Origin: an uncultured virus (IMG/VR IMGVR_UViG_3300042691_048250)
Taxonomy: Duplodnaviria > Heunggongvirae > Uroviricota > Caudoviricetes
Virus record (IMG/VR): IMGVR_UViG_3300042691_048250
Reading direction: 5' to 3' (one strand)
DNA: 64,000 nucleotides
Below the pieces are notes generated by a model. The model saw only the letters and a program-made list of their open reading frames with translations. It did not search any database and had not been told where the DNA came from. How positions within the stretch are numbered: position 1 is the stretch's first letter; each line of letters opens with the position of its first letter. Shown here piece after piece: positions 27,508 through 37,357 of this stretch. The position numbers were made by a program, and so were the translations under genes.

Positions 27508-28125
27508 ATGGCCGTTTCATCACTCACAAGAATGACGGTGCCTTTGGCAAGTGATCAGAGCAATCCAAACCAAGGCCTGCTCATGCCCAAGCTCAAATAC
27601 CGCTTCCGCGTGGTGTTTGAAAACTTTGGCGTTTCAACTCCGCGCACGGAACTGACCAAGCAGGTCATGGATTTCACGCGACCCAAAGTTGGTTTCGAGG
27701 ATATCACTTTGCCGATTTACAACAGCACCTTGTATCTTGCCGGCAAGTACACCTGGGAGATGGTATCGTGCAATCTGCGCGACGACGCTTCAGGACAAGT
27801 AGCAAGACTGGTTGGCGAGCAAGTTCAGAAACAGTTGGACTTCATGGAACAAGCTTCCGCAGCCTCTGGTATCGATTACAAGTTCCAGACCAAGTTTGAA
27901 GTTTTGGACGGCGGCAATGGCGCTGCCACACCACAGGTTTTGGAGACATGGGAACTGTATGGTTGCTATCTACAAAACGTAGACTATGGTGATGCCAACT
28001 ATGCTGAATCAGCACCCATGACCATTGGTCTGAGCATCCGCTTTGACAATGCCCTCCAGACTCCTCTGGGCACTGGCATTGGAGCCACGGTAGCAAGAAC
28101 AGTCAACGACGTAGTCACAGGATAA
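27508..28125 (+). CDS. gp19: Tail tube protein
   Basis: Follows the sheath; YRFRV.F, AGK.TW, WELYGC pattern; AAGGAG SD. Confidence 0.85.
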   Translation: MAVSSLTRMTVPLASDQSNPNQGLLMPKLKYRFRVVFENFGVSTPRTELTKQVMDFTRPKVGFEDITLPIYNSTLYLAGKYTWEMVSCNLRDDASGQVARLVGEQVQKQLDFMEQASAASGIDYKFQTKFEVLDGGNGAATPQVLETWELYGCYLQNVDYGDANYAESAPMTIGLSIRFDNALQTPLGTGIGATVARTVNDVVTG

Positions 28126-28132
28126 TCCTGCC

Positions 28133-29302
28133 ATGGCCTTTGGGCAGGATTTCCTCAAAGCGTTCTTTGGGAATGATTATCTCAAAGACTACACTCACGC
28201 AAGTAAAACCTTTAGAACCGCGGGCTATGAAAATGCTCCGCGGCTCAAGTTCCTTTTCCATGTGTATCTCACGGTCAATGACAGCATACCAGCGCTGAGG
28301 AACATCTATACAAACAACGAATCAGCTACCTTGGGCCTCCTGGTCAAAAGCGTGGATCTGCCCAGATATCAGATTGACGTCGAAACACTGAACCAGTATA
28401 ATCGCAAACGCCTGGTGCAGAAGAAAATAAACTATCAACCCATTACCTGTACCTTCCACGATGACGGAGGAGATCTCATCCGGAATCTGTGGTACAACTA
28501 CTATGCTTATTATTACAAAGATCCCAATCAACCTTATGCTGGCACGCCCAGCCAGGGTAGCGGCAGCATTGGACCCAACGCCACACTGAGCCAGGGCTTC
28601 AGTTACAACAGCCGCGACATCTATGAGAATTCTCGTGTAGGCGGAGTCAACGACTGGGGTTACGTAGGCGAGAGTTACAACGACGGCACCACAGGCAAGC
28701 CACCGTTCTTTCGCGATATCCAGATCTATGGTTTCAATCAACACAAATATGTGAGTTATGTCTTGGTCAATCCCATGATCACTGAATGGCAGCACGATAC
28801 ATATGATTACTCCCAAGGCGGAGGCATCATGGAAAATCGCATGACCATAGCATATGAGACAGTAAAATATTATGAAGGCGGCATTGGTCGAGCAAGACCT
28901 GACACCTATGCCAAGGGCTTTGCCAATCCGCAATATTATGATCAGGTTAAGAGTCCGCTGAGCAGACCAGGTGGCACACAGAGCATCTTAGGGCAGGGTG
29001 GGTTGTTAGACGCCGGCATTGGTATCTATCAAGACCTCAATGCTAACAATCTCGCTGGCGTAATAGGCGCTGTTCAAAAAGCCGGCACGGCCTATCAAAC
29101 ATTCAAGGGCAAGGATCTCAAGGCCATAGCCAGAGAAGAAGCCAATGCTGGGTTGAAAGATGTGCTCAGGAGTACATTGCCGGGCGCCATACGCAATCAG
29201 CCCATTGGATCTGCTTCGGTCAACAACGGCGGTCAGCCACCTACCATAGGCAGCGCCCTGCGTGCGCCATTGTTTCCCACTCCGCCCAAGGGTAAACAAT
29301 AA
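28133..29302 (+). CDS. Tube-fold baseplate/tail-tube initiator-like protein (gp54/gp48-like)
   Basis: VKSVDLP.Y.I...NQYNRK...Y.PI..TFHDD tube-like pattern. Confidence 0.6.
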   Translation: MAFGQDFLKAFFGNDYLKDYTHASKTFRTAGYENAPRLKFLFHVYLTVNDSIPALRNIYTNNESATLGLLVKSVDLPRYQIDVETLNQYNRKRLVQKKINYQPITCTFHDDGGDLIRNLWYNYYAYYYKDPNQPYAGTPSQGSGSIGPNATLSQGFSYNSRDIYENSRVGGVNDWGYVGESYNDGTTGKPPFFRDIQIYGFNQHKYVSYVLVNPMITEWQHDTYDYSQGGGIMENRMTIAYETVKYYEGGIGRARPDTYAKGFANPQYYDQVKSPLSRPGGTQSILGQGGLLDAGIGIYQDLNANNLAGVIGAVQKAGTAYQTFKGKDLKAIAREEANAGLKDVLRSTLPGAIRNQPIGSASVNNGGQPPTIGSALRAPLFPTPPKGKQ

Positions 29303-29661
29303 TGGGATCAGTCAATAATCTCAATCCCAAGATGGATCAAACCGTCAAGATTTTTGACGAGTTTTATGAATTCGCAGTGGACGTAGATGCCAACGAGTAT
29401 GATGCCGTGAGTTCTTTTTTTGAATCGGTATTCACATCAAAGACCGCTGCCTTGAATTTCACCACGGTGTTGTTCCGTATCGCTGATCAGACACAGACAC
29501 CAGTGCTGACATTACTGGACGAGATACAAGGACAGGACGAGATCGAACTTAACCAGACCTTGGCATACTATCTCAATGGACTGCGCAGTCCTACCACGTT
29601 GTTGGGTATTACTGAACCTGTGGTACCAAATTATTGGACAGCACGCAACGTGTTGCCATGA
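29302..29661 (+). CDS. Hypothetical protein (119 aa)
   Basis: Translationally coupled on both sides. Confidence 0.75.
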   Translation: MGSVNNLNPKMDQTVKIFDEFYEFAVDVDANEYDAVSSFFESVFTSKTAALNFTTVLFRIADQTQTPVLTLLDEIQGQDEIELNQTLAYYLNGLRSPTTLLGITEPVVPNYWTARNVLP

Positions 29662-30089
29662 GCAAATTTGCACAGGGCACATATCTTGTGCGTAATCGTA
29701 AAAAATATGTAGGGCGTGGTGAACCACGATATCGTTCAGGTTGGGAGCATGCATTCATGCGCTTTTGCGACAACAACGACAACATCATTCAGTGGGCCAG
29801 CGAAAGCATCAACATTCCTTATAGGAATCCGTTGACCGGCAAGAACACTATCTATGTGCCGGATTTTTTCATACAGTATCGTACCAAATCTAACAAAGTC
29901 TGCACGGAAATCATAGAAATCAAACCCAAGAAGCAGAGTGTGTTAGAAAGCAAAGCATCTGCCCGAGATCGAGCTGCTATCGCTGTGAACTATGCCAAAT
30001 GGGATGCTGCCACCAAGTGGTGTCGCAGGCAAGGGTTGGTTTTCCGCGTGATTACCGAAGACGATATCTTCAAGAACGGGTCCAAGTAA
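29658..30089 (+). CDS. gp4: Head completion nuclease (TnsA-like)
   Basis: YRSGWE..FM.FCD, WASE...IPY, YVPDF, IEIKP..Q, N.AKW.AA, F.VITE. Confidence 0.92.
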   Translation: MSKFAQGTYLVRNRKKYVGRGEPRYRSGWEHAFMRFCDNNDNIIQWASESINIPYRNPLTGKNTIYVPDFFIQYRTKSNKVCTEIIEIKPKKQSVLESKASARDRAAIAVNYAKWDAATKWCRRQGLVFRVITEDDIFKNGSK

Positions 30090-30103
30090 CCGGTAAATAC
30101 CGG

Positions 30104-30604
30104 ATGACACGCAAGCTCGAAGAATTGTTTGATCTACCCAATGACGACAAAGACAACCACATCTCAAATGCTGAACCGAATAACGACGTTGAGGCGCACC
30201 TGCCCATCGTGCCAGAGACTCTGGCTGCTCTTGACAAGATCGAAGCCGCCCTCCCAGCAGTCCGGGGGTTAGAAGCCTCGGACAGTGAGATGGACGAGCT
30301 GGCCGACAAAGCCAAGAAAGAATTTGACAATCTCATGGATCTGGGCATGAACGTTGACAGCCGCTATGCATCAGAGATCTTTGCTGTGGCCAGCCAGATG
30401 TTAGGGCATGCTATCACGGCCAAGAATGCCAAACTCAACAAAAAACTCAAGATGATCGAGTTACAGATGAAGAAGCTCAAAATGGATCGCGAAGCCGGCG
30501 ATAGCGGTCCTGACCTACCCACAGCACAGGGACATGTGCTGGATCGCAATGAACTGTTGCGCACACTGTTGCACAAAGATGCGACGCCACCAAAATCGTC
30601 GTAA
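30104..30604 (+). CDS. Putative terminase small subunit
   Basis: Helical 166-aa protein with a R..E.F.VA.QML...AK..K coiled segment reminiscent of gp16; TAAATA 4 nt upstream. Confidence 0.45.
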   Translation: MTRKLEELFDLPNDDKDNHISNAEPNNDVEAHLPIVPETLAALDKIEAALPAVRGLEASDSEMDELADKAKKEFDNLMDLGMNVDSRYASEIFAVASQMLGHAITAKNAKLNKKLKMIELQMKKLKMDREAGDSGPDLPTAQGHVLDRNELLRTLLHKDATPPKSS

Positions 30605-30631
30605 CGCTAAATATATCCATAGGATCCTGAT

Positions 30632-31243
30632 ATGAAAACATTCCGCGACTATCTCGTTGAAACCGAAAAAACCTTTGATTATCGTATCAAAATCGTGGGT
30701 GATCTGCCCGCTGGCTTTGAAAAAGAATTCAAAGATGCACTCAAACAATTTGACCCAGTATCGCTGGGCTCGTTCAAGAGCACACCCATACTGGCCAAAC
30801 CCCAGGGCTTTGCCAACTTCCCTAACAGTCCTGTGAACATCATGGATGCGGAGTTCCGCTACCCAGCAGCCCCGGCACAGATCACCAAGATCGCTCGCTT
30901 GCTGGGCATAGACAACGATGACCGCGTGATGACCTTTGACAAGAAATGGTCAGAAGGCATGGACAAGGAATTGCTGGGTATAGAAGATCAGAATCAAGAT
31001 CTCTTGAATTCACCTTATCCGCCTGACTCGGCCGAACAAAAAGCACTCAAGGCTGACTATGCGGCTGTGGGAAAAGACAAGGCCGTAGTAAAAAACTCAG
31101 CATCAGAAGCTAAATTTACAATCGCCGGCGGCAAGACACCTCCAGCTGAGACCACAAACGATCTACCCATGGGCATCAAGAGTCCCATGACCACTATCAA
31201 GCGCCCGCCACGTCCGGCCACTGGCGCTAATCCACGGGGCTAA
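30632..31243 (+). CDS. Putative internal head protein with CTS-like N-terminus
   Basis: Starts MKTFRDYLVE (T4 capsid-targeting sequence is MKTYQEFIAE); TAAATA at 30608. Confidence 0.65.
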   Translation: MKTFRDYLVETEKTFDYRIKIVGDLPAGFEKEFKDALKQFDPVSLGSFKSTPILAKPQGFANFPNSPVNIMDAEFRYPAAPAQITKIARLLGIDNDDRVMTFDKKWSEGMDKELLGIEDQNQDLLNSPYPPDSAEQKALKADYAAVGKDKAVVKNSASEAKFTIAGGKTPPAETTNDLPMGIKSPMTTIKRPPRPATGANPRG

Positions 31244-31246
31244 ACC

Positions 31247-33286
31247 ATGAACAACATGTATGACATATTAAACAAATTCAACTCAGTGGCTGGCAAGCAG
31301 ACATTGACCGAAGGTGCCAAACCAGACTTCCTGGATCTCGACCGAGACGGCGATAAAAAAGAGCCCATGGCCCAGGCCGCACATCAAGCCAAAAAAGTTG
31401 ATGAAGCCGCATCAAAGACCGCAAGGATGGCCAGCATCGCTAAACGCTGTGCCCGTGATGCATTTAGTAATGTAGATAGGAAGATGTTCCTTAAGGCAGC
31501 CGAACTGTTCGCTGCCGGTGATGAAGCGAGAGGTCTGGATGCGATCAATCGCATGGATACCGAAGCCAGTGATGATTTCTATATGGGTTGCGACAATGCT
31601 GGTATTCCAGTACCAATAGACGAAGGTTCTACTGGTGATTATTCAGCCAAGGCAGCCAGAGCCGGCCGAGACATCGGCAAACCTGGCAAGGCATTCGCAC
31701 AGATAGCCAAGTCGGCCGGCGAGCGTTATGGTAGCAAAGAGCGCGGCGAGAAAGTGGCCGGCGCTGTGTTGGCCAAATTGCGTGCCAAGGAATCAGTCGA
31801 AGAGGCAGACATGGGCGAAGGTAATGACTTTACCGGTGCACGCCTGGCAGCCATCAAGGCCGGCAAACCCACATTCAAAGTCGACGGCAAAATATACAAA
31901 GTCACTGGCAATACCTCAGATGAAAAAGTCATGGAGCGCGAATACGGTAACCGTGAGGATTTTGATCAACATGCTAAGAAAGGTGATACCATCCGTACCG
32001 CTAAAGGCACATTGACCAAGACCGACCACGGTGTCAAGCATGAACGCCGAGCCGATGATGAAGAAAACATGGATGACCGCGATGATGACACACCAAAGAA
32101 AAAAGGTCGTCCCAAGGGTTCAAAGCGTGCCTTGGGAGCCAAAGGCCCCACTGGCAAGAGCAAGCTTTTGAAGAAAGGTTCTATCAAAGAAGGCGATCTT
32201 GAAGAGGACTACGATCGCGACGAGTATGACGAGGAAGGCGAAATGGCCAAGAGCCAGAGTCGTACTATCATTGATGCCGCGGCAGAACTACAGAGTATTA
32301 TCGATGACAATGAGAACCTACCAGAGTGGGTGCAGAAAAAGATCTCTCTGGCCATGGACTACATCGATTCAGCCCGCGACTATTTGGCAGCCAATCGACC
32401 CAGCGATGAGATGGCCGTGGCCGAAGTGGCACCTCCAGGAGCCAAGGCCGAGCGCATGGTCAAGCACATCAAGCAAGGCTATGCCAAGGACGGCAAACTC
32501 ACGGACAAAGAAAAAGGCATTGCTTATGCCACGGCATGGAAAGCCAAAAAAGCCGGCAAGGTGGAGGAAGAATCTACAGAGACACGCGACGAGCGTGCTG
32601 AAAAAGCCGGTAAAAAAGTAGCCAAGGACATTGAGTACGATGAAAAAGTCAAAGACAAGATCCACGGCCACAAACGTGGCAGCGAAGATGACAAGGCCGA
32701 GCGTGCTGGCAAAAAAGTAACCAAGGACATTGAGCATGATGAAAAGGTCGACGAGACCACAGTGTCAGGGTCAGTAGCGACATCTGCAGAAGCACCCAAA
32801 GGCAAAAAAGGCGGCATGATCTTTGGCAAAGGTGTATACGAAGGTCGATTGGAAGAGTCTTATAAGTCACGTCTGGAAACCATGCTCACAGAAGGCATGA
32901 GCATCAACATGAGTGTGGGCGAAGACGGAAGGAAAACTCTTAATGTCAACGCCACAGACGATGATGCAATAAAACTGGCTCAGATTTTAAAATTGGCCGG
33001 CATGGAACAAGATCATAATCACGAACAAACTTGTGAATCCTGCGGACAGATGGAATGTGCCTGTGAAAGTGTTGCAGAAGGCGAATATGCCAACAGCCCT
33101 GAAACTGAAACAGCAGACATTGACACGCTGATGAACACTTACAGCGACGGACTGGATGGACAGAAGACCACGGGGCAAACCACAATACCTGTGATTGCCG
33201 GGCAGACACAACGTACCATGACCAAGGTCAAAGAAGCAGCCGAAGGGCGCTTGTGGGATCTATACAAACAATACGAGTCCAAATGA
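31247..33286 (+). CDS. Highly charged modular internal head/scaffold-like protein
   Basis: 679 aa, K/E/D-rich, many [VIL]xE sites, internal repeat KAGKKVxKDIExDEKV x2. Confidence 0.7.
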   Translation: MNNMYDILNKFNSVAGKQTLTEGAKPDFLDLDRDGDKKEPMAQAAHQAKKVDEAASKTARMASIAKRCARDAFSNVDRKMFLKAAELFAAGDEARGLDAINRMDTEASDDFYMGCDNAGIPVPIDEGSTGDYSAKAARAGRDIGKPGKAFAQIAKSAGERYGSKERGEKVAGAVLAKLRAKESVEEADMGEGNDFTGARLAAIKAGKPTFKVDGKIYKVTGNTSDEKVMEREYGNREDFDQHAKKGDTIRTAKGTLTKTDHGVKHERRADDEENMDDRDDDTPKKKGRPKGSKRALGAKGPTGKSKLLKKGSIKEGDLEEDYDRDEYDEEGEMAKSQSRTIIDAAAELQSIIDDNENLPEWVQKKISLAMDYIDSARDYLAANRPSDEMAVAEVAPPGAKAERMVKHIKQGYAKDGKLTDKEKGIAYATAWKAKKAGKVEEESTETRDERAEKAGKKVAKDIEYDEKVKDKIHGHKRGSEDDKAERAGKKVTKDIEHDEKVDETTVSGSVATSAEAPKGKKGGMIFGKGVYEGRLEESYKSRLETMLTEGMSINMSVGEDGRKTLNVNATDDDAIKLAQILKLAGMEQDHNHEQTCESCGQMECACESVAEGEYANSPETETADIDTLMNTYSDGLDGQKTTGQTTIPVIAGQTQRTMTKVKEAAEGRLWDLYKQYESK

Positions 33287-34266
33287 AAACCTTAAGCGAC
33301 TATATTATCGAAACAGAAACCACCATTGACCAACCTCAGGCCGGTGATGCTTTTGACATAGAAGTTGCGCCAGATCACTTGATAGAAACAGTAATCTTGG
33401 AAGCCACAGAAGATTCTGTGCTGATCCAAGGCGACGAAATTTTGCAAAAATTGTTAGAGAGTCGCGGACATGCCATGGAACACATTGGCACCTATGGTGC
33501 TGTGGGATATGGCGGAATGGGTCAAACTTTCTTTGAGAAAGACGGCGAACAGATTGATGAGCATGGCGGCGGTATTGGACCCAAACAACATTGGCAAGAC
33601 ATGATGGAGCAACCAGTTGACGAAGGCAAGGTCAAAGACCTCAGTATTGAACTGGACGATTATCAGCGCATGACCCCACAGCAATTTTATGCTGCCTATG
33701 GCCAGCGCAAAGCCGACTGGGCCATGGCGCATCAAGATTTCATACAGAAGCATGGCCTCCAGACAGATTGGTCAGGCACATCGGGCTTTGACTATGTACG
33801 TGAAACATCAGCTTATATGAGCCGCATGCTGGAATTGGCCGGCGTGAGTGATCACAAGTTTGACAAAGAAGATCAAGTCTATCACGAAGACAACTCGGGT
33901 CTGCTTGATAAAAGCATAAAAGATGCTCCGGTATCGGCCATGGGAGAGTTGCCAGAACAACTTGATGCACAAGAACCAGATGAAGAAATTGATGAAGCCG
34001 AATATCAAGGACGCAAAGTTTCCTTGGGCAAACCCATGCGCGGCGATGTCAAGAAGTTCAAGGTATATGTCAAGGATCCTAAAACTGGAAATATTAAAAA
34101 AGTAAACTTTGGCCATGGCGGTACATCAGCCAAGCGTGCTGGTCAGAAGACCATGAAGATCAAAAAATCTAACCCTGCACGCCGCAGGAGTTTCCGGGCA
34201 CGCCACAATTGCGATAATCCTGGTCCAAGGACCAAAGCTCGTTATTGGTCATGTCGGGCATGGTAA
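33283..34266 (+). CDS. Putative internal head protein: CTS-like N-terminus plus basic C-terminal domain
   Basis: MKTLSDYIIE start; C-terminal KKFKVYV...KVNFG...RRSFRARHNC...ARYWSCRAW. Confidence 0.75.
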   Translation: MKTLSDYIIETETTIDQPQAGDAFDIEVAPDHLIETVILEATEDSVLIQGDEILQKLLESRGHAMEHIGTYGAVGYGGMGQTFFEKDGEQIDEHGGGIGPKQHWQDMMEQPVDEGKVKDLSIELDDYQRMTPQQFYAAYGQRKADWAMAHQDFIQKHGLQTDWSGTSGFDYVRETSAYMSRMLELAGVSDHKFDKEDQVYHEDNSGLLDKSIKDAPVSAMGELPEQLDAQEPDEEIDEAEYQGRKVSLGKPMRGDVKKFKVYVKDPKTGNIKKVNFGHGGTSAKRAGQKTMKIKKSNPARRRSFRARHNCDNPGPRTKARYWSCRAW

Positions 34267-34283
34267 ACAAAGGACGATAAGAA

Positions 34284-34556
34284 ATGGCACAAGCCAACGT
34301 ATACACCTCGGCAGCCAATGCCACAATTTACACAGACAAAGTTCGCATTGCCGCTGGCACATCACCGGTGACCTTTAATGTCTACGTTTTATATCCAGAT
34401 AACATAGGCAATCTTTACTCAGCCAATCCATCTGTACCAGCCAATTCATACATGGATGTGTTCGTGGGTTACAAAAACAAACTCACTGTGTCTGGTACCT
34501 GTACCATAACAGAATTGGGCACAGTAACGTCTGGTGACGTAGCCAGCAATCCGTGA
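34284..34556 (+). CDS. Small beta-rich structural protein
   Basis: 90 aa, AAGGA SD. Confidence 0.65.
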   Translation: MAQANVYTSAANATIYTDKVRIAAGTSPVTFNVYVLYPDNIGNLYSANPSVPANSYMDVFVGYKNKLTVSGTCTITELGTVTSGDVASNP

Positions 34557-34557
34557 C

Positions 34558-34938
34558 ATGCGAGCCCGAGAATTTATTATTGAGAACGGCCGACGAAGTC
34601 GTAGAGCCGAAGCCAATCACGAATTTGAACGAGCACATCCTGGTCTGATCGGTCCTTCATCATCGGGCGACACCTACTGGGGTCGTTACTATGATTTCTA
34701 TAGAGTGGCTACTCTGGCCGGCATGGACATCGAACAGTTAAACAAAGTCGATGACATCAGTTTCTTTGGCAACCTTCCGGTATTTTCGGCCTATACCGAT
34801 GCTGATCGTGAAAAATTATTTGCTATCATGCGAAAACTTGGCATGAAGCCCGAAGAACACGTGGGTCCAGGAAGCCTTGAACCTACCTATGTCAACAAGA
34901 AAAGTCCCGTCAAAGCATTCCAGGGTTATCCCAGATAA
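34558..34938 (+). CDS. GYPR-family paralogue 1 (CTS-like N-terminus)
   Basis: MRAREFIIE...SPVKAFQGYPR. Confidence 0.8.
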   Translation: MRAREFIIENGRRSRRAEANHEFERAHPGLIGPSSSGDTYWGRYYDFYRVATLAGMDIEQLNKVDDISFFGNLPVFSAYTDADREKLFAIMRKLGMKPEEHVGPGSLEPTYVNKKSPVKAFQGYPR

Positions 34939-34940
34939 CC

Positions 34941-35816
34941 ATGTGCGTAATCGTAGCCAAGTATTTTCCTATAATAGGATGGGTCGGCGCCAAGAACCGA
35001 GACCGCAAGTACATTCCTACTTTGGATTTCATTGAGGACACCCACCGTGGTGTGTCACGCATGATGATGCACGACTTGGTCACTGGGTACAAAGAAGGCA
35101 TCAACAGCCGCGGTGTGAGCATACTCAATACCAGCTTGGACGTGGGCGCAGACGAGCCTGATGTAGAATCAGGTCTTGCCAAATCCAGTCCTGATGGTCG
35201 TGCCATAGCCGAAGCATTGTTACAGACAGACCCTTTACAGGCAGCCAAGATTTTGGTTAAACGCAGATTGGTCGGTTGCACCATGGTGTTCGATAGTGAT
35301 ACCATGTATCTCATAGAAGCCAGCGATCGCGATGGCACCAGGCCCTACAAATATCGCGTGAAACTGATACCAAAAAGCCATACTGTGGTCAGGACAAATC
35401 ATGGCATATGGTTGCCCTGGGCCAGTTTCCAGCGCCGATCAGATGATGCAGATCAGACTCGCGATAGGATTTCCAGCGAAGCCAGATTTCTACAAGCCGA
35501 ACTCGTGGTTGAAGCTGCTCGCGAACCCGAAGATTTGGTCGACGGCATGTGCCAGGTCTATGTGGACAATCCTCAGTTGAATATCATGCGAACCAGCACA
35601 GAACCAAATGCCTTCCGCACCACGGGTCAACTGCTGTGCGTGCCCAAAGAACGCACGCTTTATTGCCGACCCATCAGCAGTAATCTTAAATTTGACTTTT
35701 GGGATCTAAATCGACCTGATACTAATGTCTGGGTTGAGATACTAAGTAATCGTGAGCTCTGGCAAAACACACGTGGTAACCCACCGTTTGGCCACATGCG
35801 GATGAAGGATATTTGA
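34941..35816 (+). CDS. N-terminal-Cys nucleophile (Ntn) hydrolase
   Basis: MCVIV start (Cys2), KNRD, EGINSRGV, RTNH motifs as in the C45/choloylglycine-hydrolase/NRDE clan. Confidence 0.75.
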   Translation: MCVIVAKYFPIIGWVGAKNRDRKYIPTLDFIEDTHRGVSRMMMHDLVTGYKEGINSRGVSILNTSLDVGADEPDVESGLAKSSPDGRAIAEALLQTDPLQAAKILVKRRLVGCTMVFDSDTMYLIEASDRDGTRPYKYRVKLIPKSHTVVRTNHGIWLPWASFQRRSDDADQTRDRISSEARFLQAELVVEAAREPEDLVDGMCQVYVDNPQLNIMRTSTEPNAFRTTGQLLCVPKERTLYCRPISSNLKFDFWDLNRPDTNVWVEILSNRELWQNTRGNPPFGHMRMKDI

Positions 35817-36214
35817 TGCGAGCAAGAGAATTCGTTATTGAAACCCGATACGGCAGTGCTGCCGATGTGCCAGCCAATCCAAAAAAAATGCCTAAGTCGC
35901 ACAGATCTGCGCTCAAAGGCATGGTCAGCATGCCCGACATCAGCCAGAACAAGCAAGGTGGCAGTCCTTACACACAGTGGAGATTCAGCATAGCCATGGC
36001 CGGTGCCCCGGACTATCCCACTGACCCCGCTGGTGCCTTTGCCGGAGATCCTATCTTGGCTACCTACAGCGATGCAGACATGGACATCATCAACTCAGCA
36101 GCCAAATCTGTGGGTGCAGGCCGAGTGACCAAACTCACCGACAATCGCTCAACTGAGGCTGATTGGGTGCATAAAGACAGTCCTATCAACGCTTTCCGAG
36201 GATATCCACGATGA
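35816..36214 (+). CDS. GYPR-family paralogue 2 (CTS-like N-terminus)
   Basis: MRAREFVIE...SPINAFRGYPR. Confidence 0.8.
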   Translation: MRAREFVIETRYGSAADVPANPKKMPKSHRSALKGMVSMPDISQNKQGGSPYTQWRFSIAMAGAPDYPTDPAGAFAGDPILATYSDADMDIINSAAKSVGAGRVTKLTDNRSTEADWVHKDSPINAFRGYPR

Positions 36215-36597
36215 GAGCGAAAGAGTTTATAGTAGAACAGAAAAATCTTCCTGCCGAAGAAAGAGACCCACTGCGTTATACATATGAATTGCCAGGAGTG
36301 ACCACGGCTGATCCCTATCGTACCTACAGGGTTGGCGTGGCCATTGCACGTGCCAGGAGTGATGCACAGACAGACGACATCAATCCTTATCGATTGCAAT
36401 GGAGTCCTGAAACCGCATTGGGCAAGTATGCCGTGGTATCAGGCGTGAATGACACTGTGGATCCAATTATTGATCAGGCTTTAAAGATGACCAACACTCC
36501 AGGCGGCAAACGATTAGTCAGCAGTCCTGAAAGCGACGAACCTGATTTCGTGCAAGACCAAAGCCCTATCCGGCCATTCCGTGGCTATCCTCGATAG
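36211..36597 (+). CDS. GYPR-family paralogue 3 (CTS-like N-terminus)
   Basis: MRAKEFIVE...SPIRPFRGYPR. Confidence 0.8.
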   Translation: MRAKEFIVEQKNLPAEERDPLRYTYELPGVTTADPYRTYRVGVAIARARSDAQTDDINPYRLQWSPETALGKYAVVSGVNDTVDPIIDQALKMTNTPGGKRLVSSPESDEPDFVQDQSPIRPFRGYPR

Positions 36598-36610
36598 CCA
36601 GGGCTGATGC

Positions 36611-37345
36611 ATGCGGCCCGTACTGATACTTCAACACCAGACCCCTGAGCGTGCAGCCTATCTCCGCACATGGCTTGACCTTCATGGCATAATCTACGAA
36701 ACACGCAACGCTGGTGCCGGGCAAGAATTCCCCAGTTCTATAGAACCCTATGCTGCCATGGCTGTCATGGGCGGCGGCATGAGCGCCAACGATCCGTTGT
36801 TGAGCAATCGCCAAGCCGAGATCTTGATCTTGCAGGCAGTGTTGCGCGATCGTCCGGTGATCGGTCACTGTCTGGGTGGACAACTCATGAGCCGTGCCCT
36901 GGGAGGTACCATTGCTGCCAGCCCTGAGCCCGAGATTGGGTGGCATTCCATACAGTATGAAAACCATCACCTGGTCAAACATTGGTTTGGAACGAACCCC
37001 ACGCCCATGGTGATACAATGGCACTATGATTCTTTTTCTGTTCCACAAGGAGCAACAAAACTGGCATCTTCAACCGCCTGTCCCAATCAGGCTTGGGCCT
37101 TGGGTCCACACCTTGCCATGCAGTACCACATAGAGATGGATGAAGACAAGGCCAGAGACTGGGCTCGAGATGAAGACCCGCAATGGGCCAATGCACGCGA
37201 GCAATATGATACTGTGCAGGATAGTGATGCCATAATCGCAGGCATTGAGCCCAATCTACTTCAGCATCAACGCACAGCCGATCATATCTATAGGACCTGG
37301 TTGGGCACCACCGAATGGGCCCAAAATCTCATAAGTAAGATGTAA
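36611..37345 (+). CDS. Class I glutamine amidotransferase-like protein (stand-alone)
   Basis: MGGGMS, GHCLGGQL nucleophile elbow, WH.D, QYHIE. Confidence 0.9.
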   Translation: MRPVLILQHQTPERAAYLRTWLDLHGIIYETRNAGAGQEFPSSIEPYAAMAVMGGGMSANDPLLSNRQAEILILQAVLRDRPVIGHCLGGQLMSRALGGTIAASPEPEIGWHSIQYENHHLVKHWFGTNPTPMVIQWHYDSFSVPQGATKLASSTACPNQAWALGPHLAMQYHIEMDEDKARDWARDEDPQWANAREQYDTVQDSDAIIAGIEPNLLQHQRTADHIYRTWLGTTEWAQNLISKM

Positions 37346-37357
37346 ATTTTATATAAT

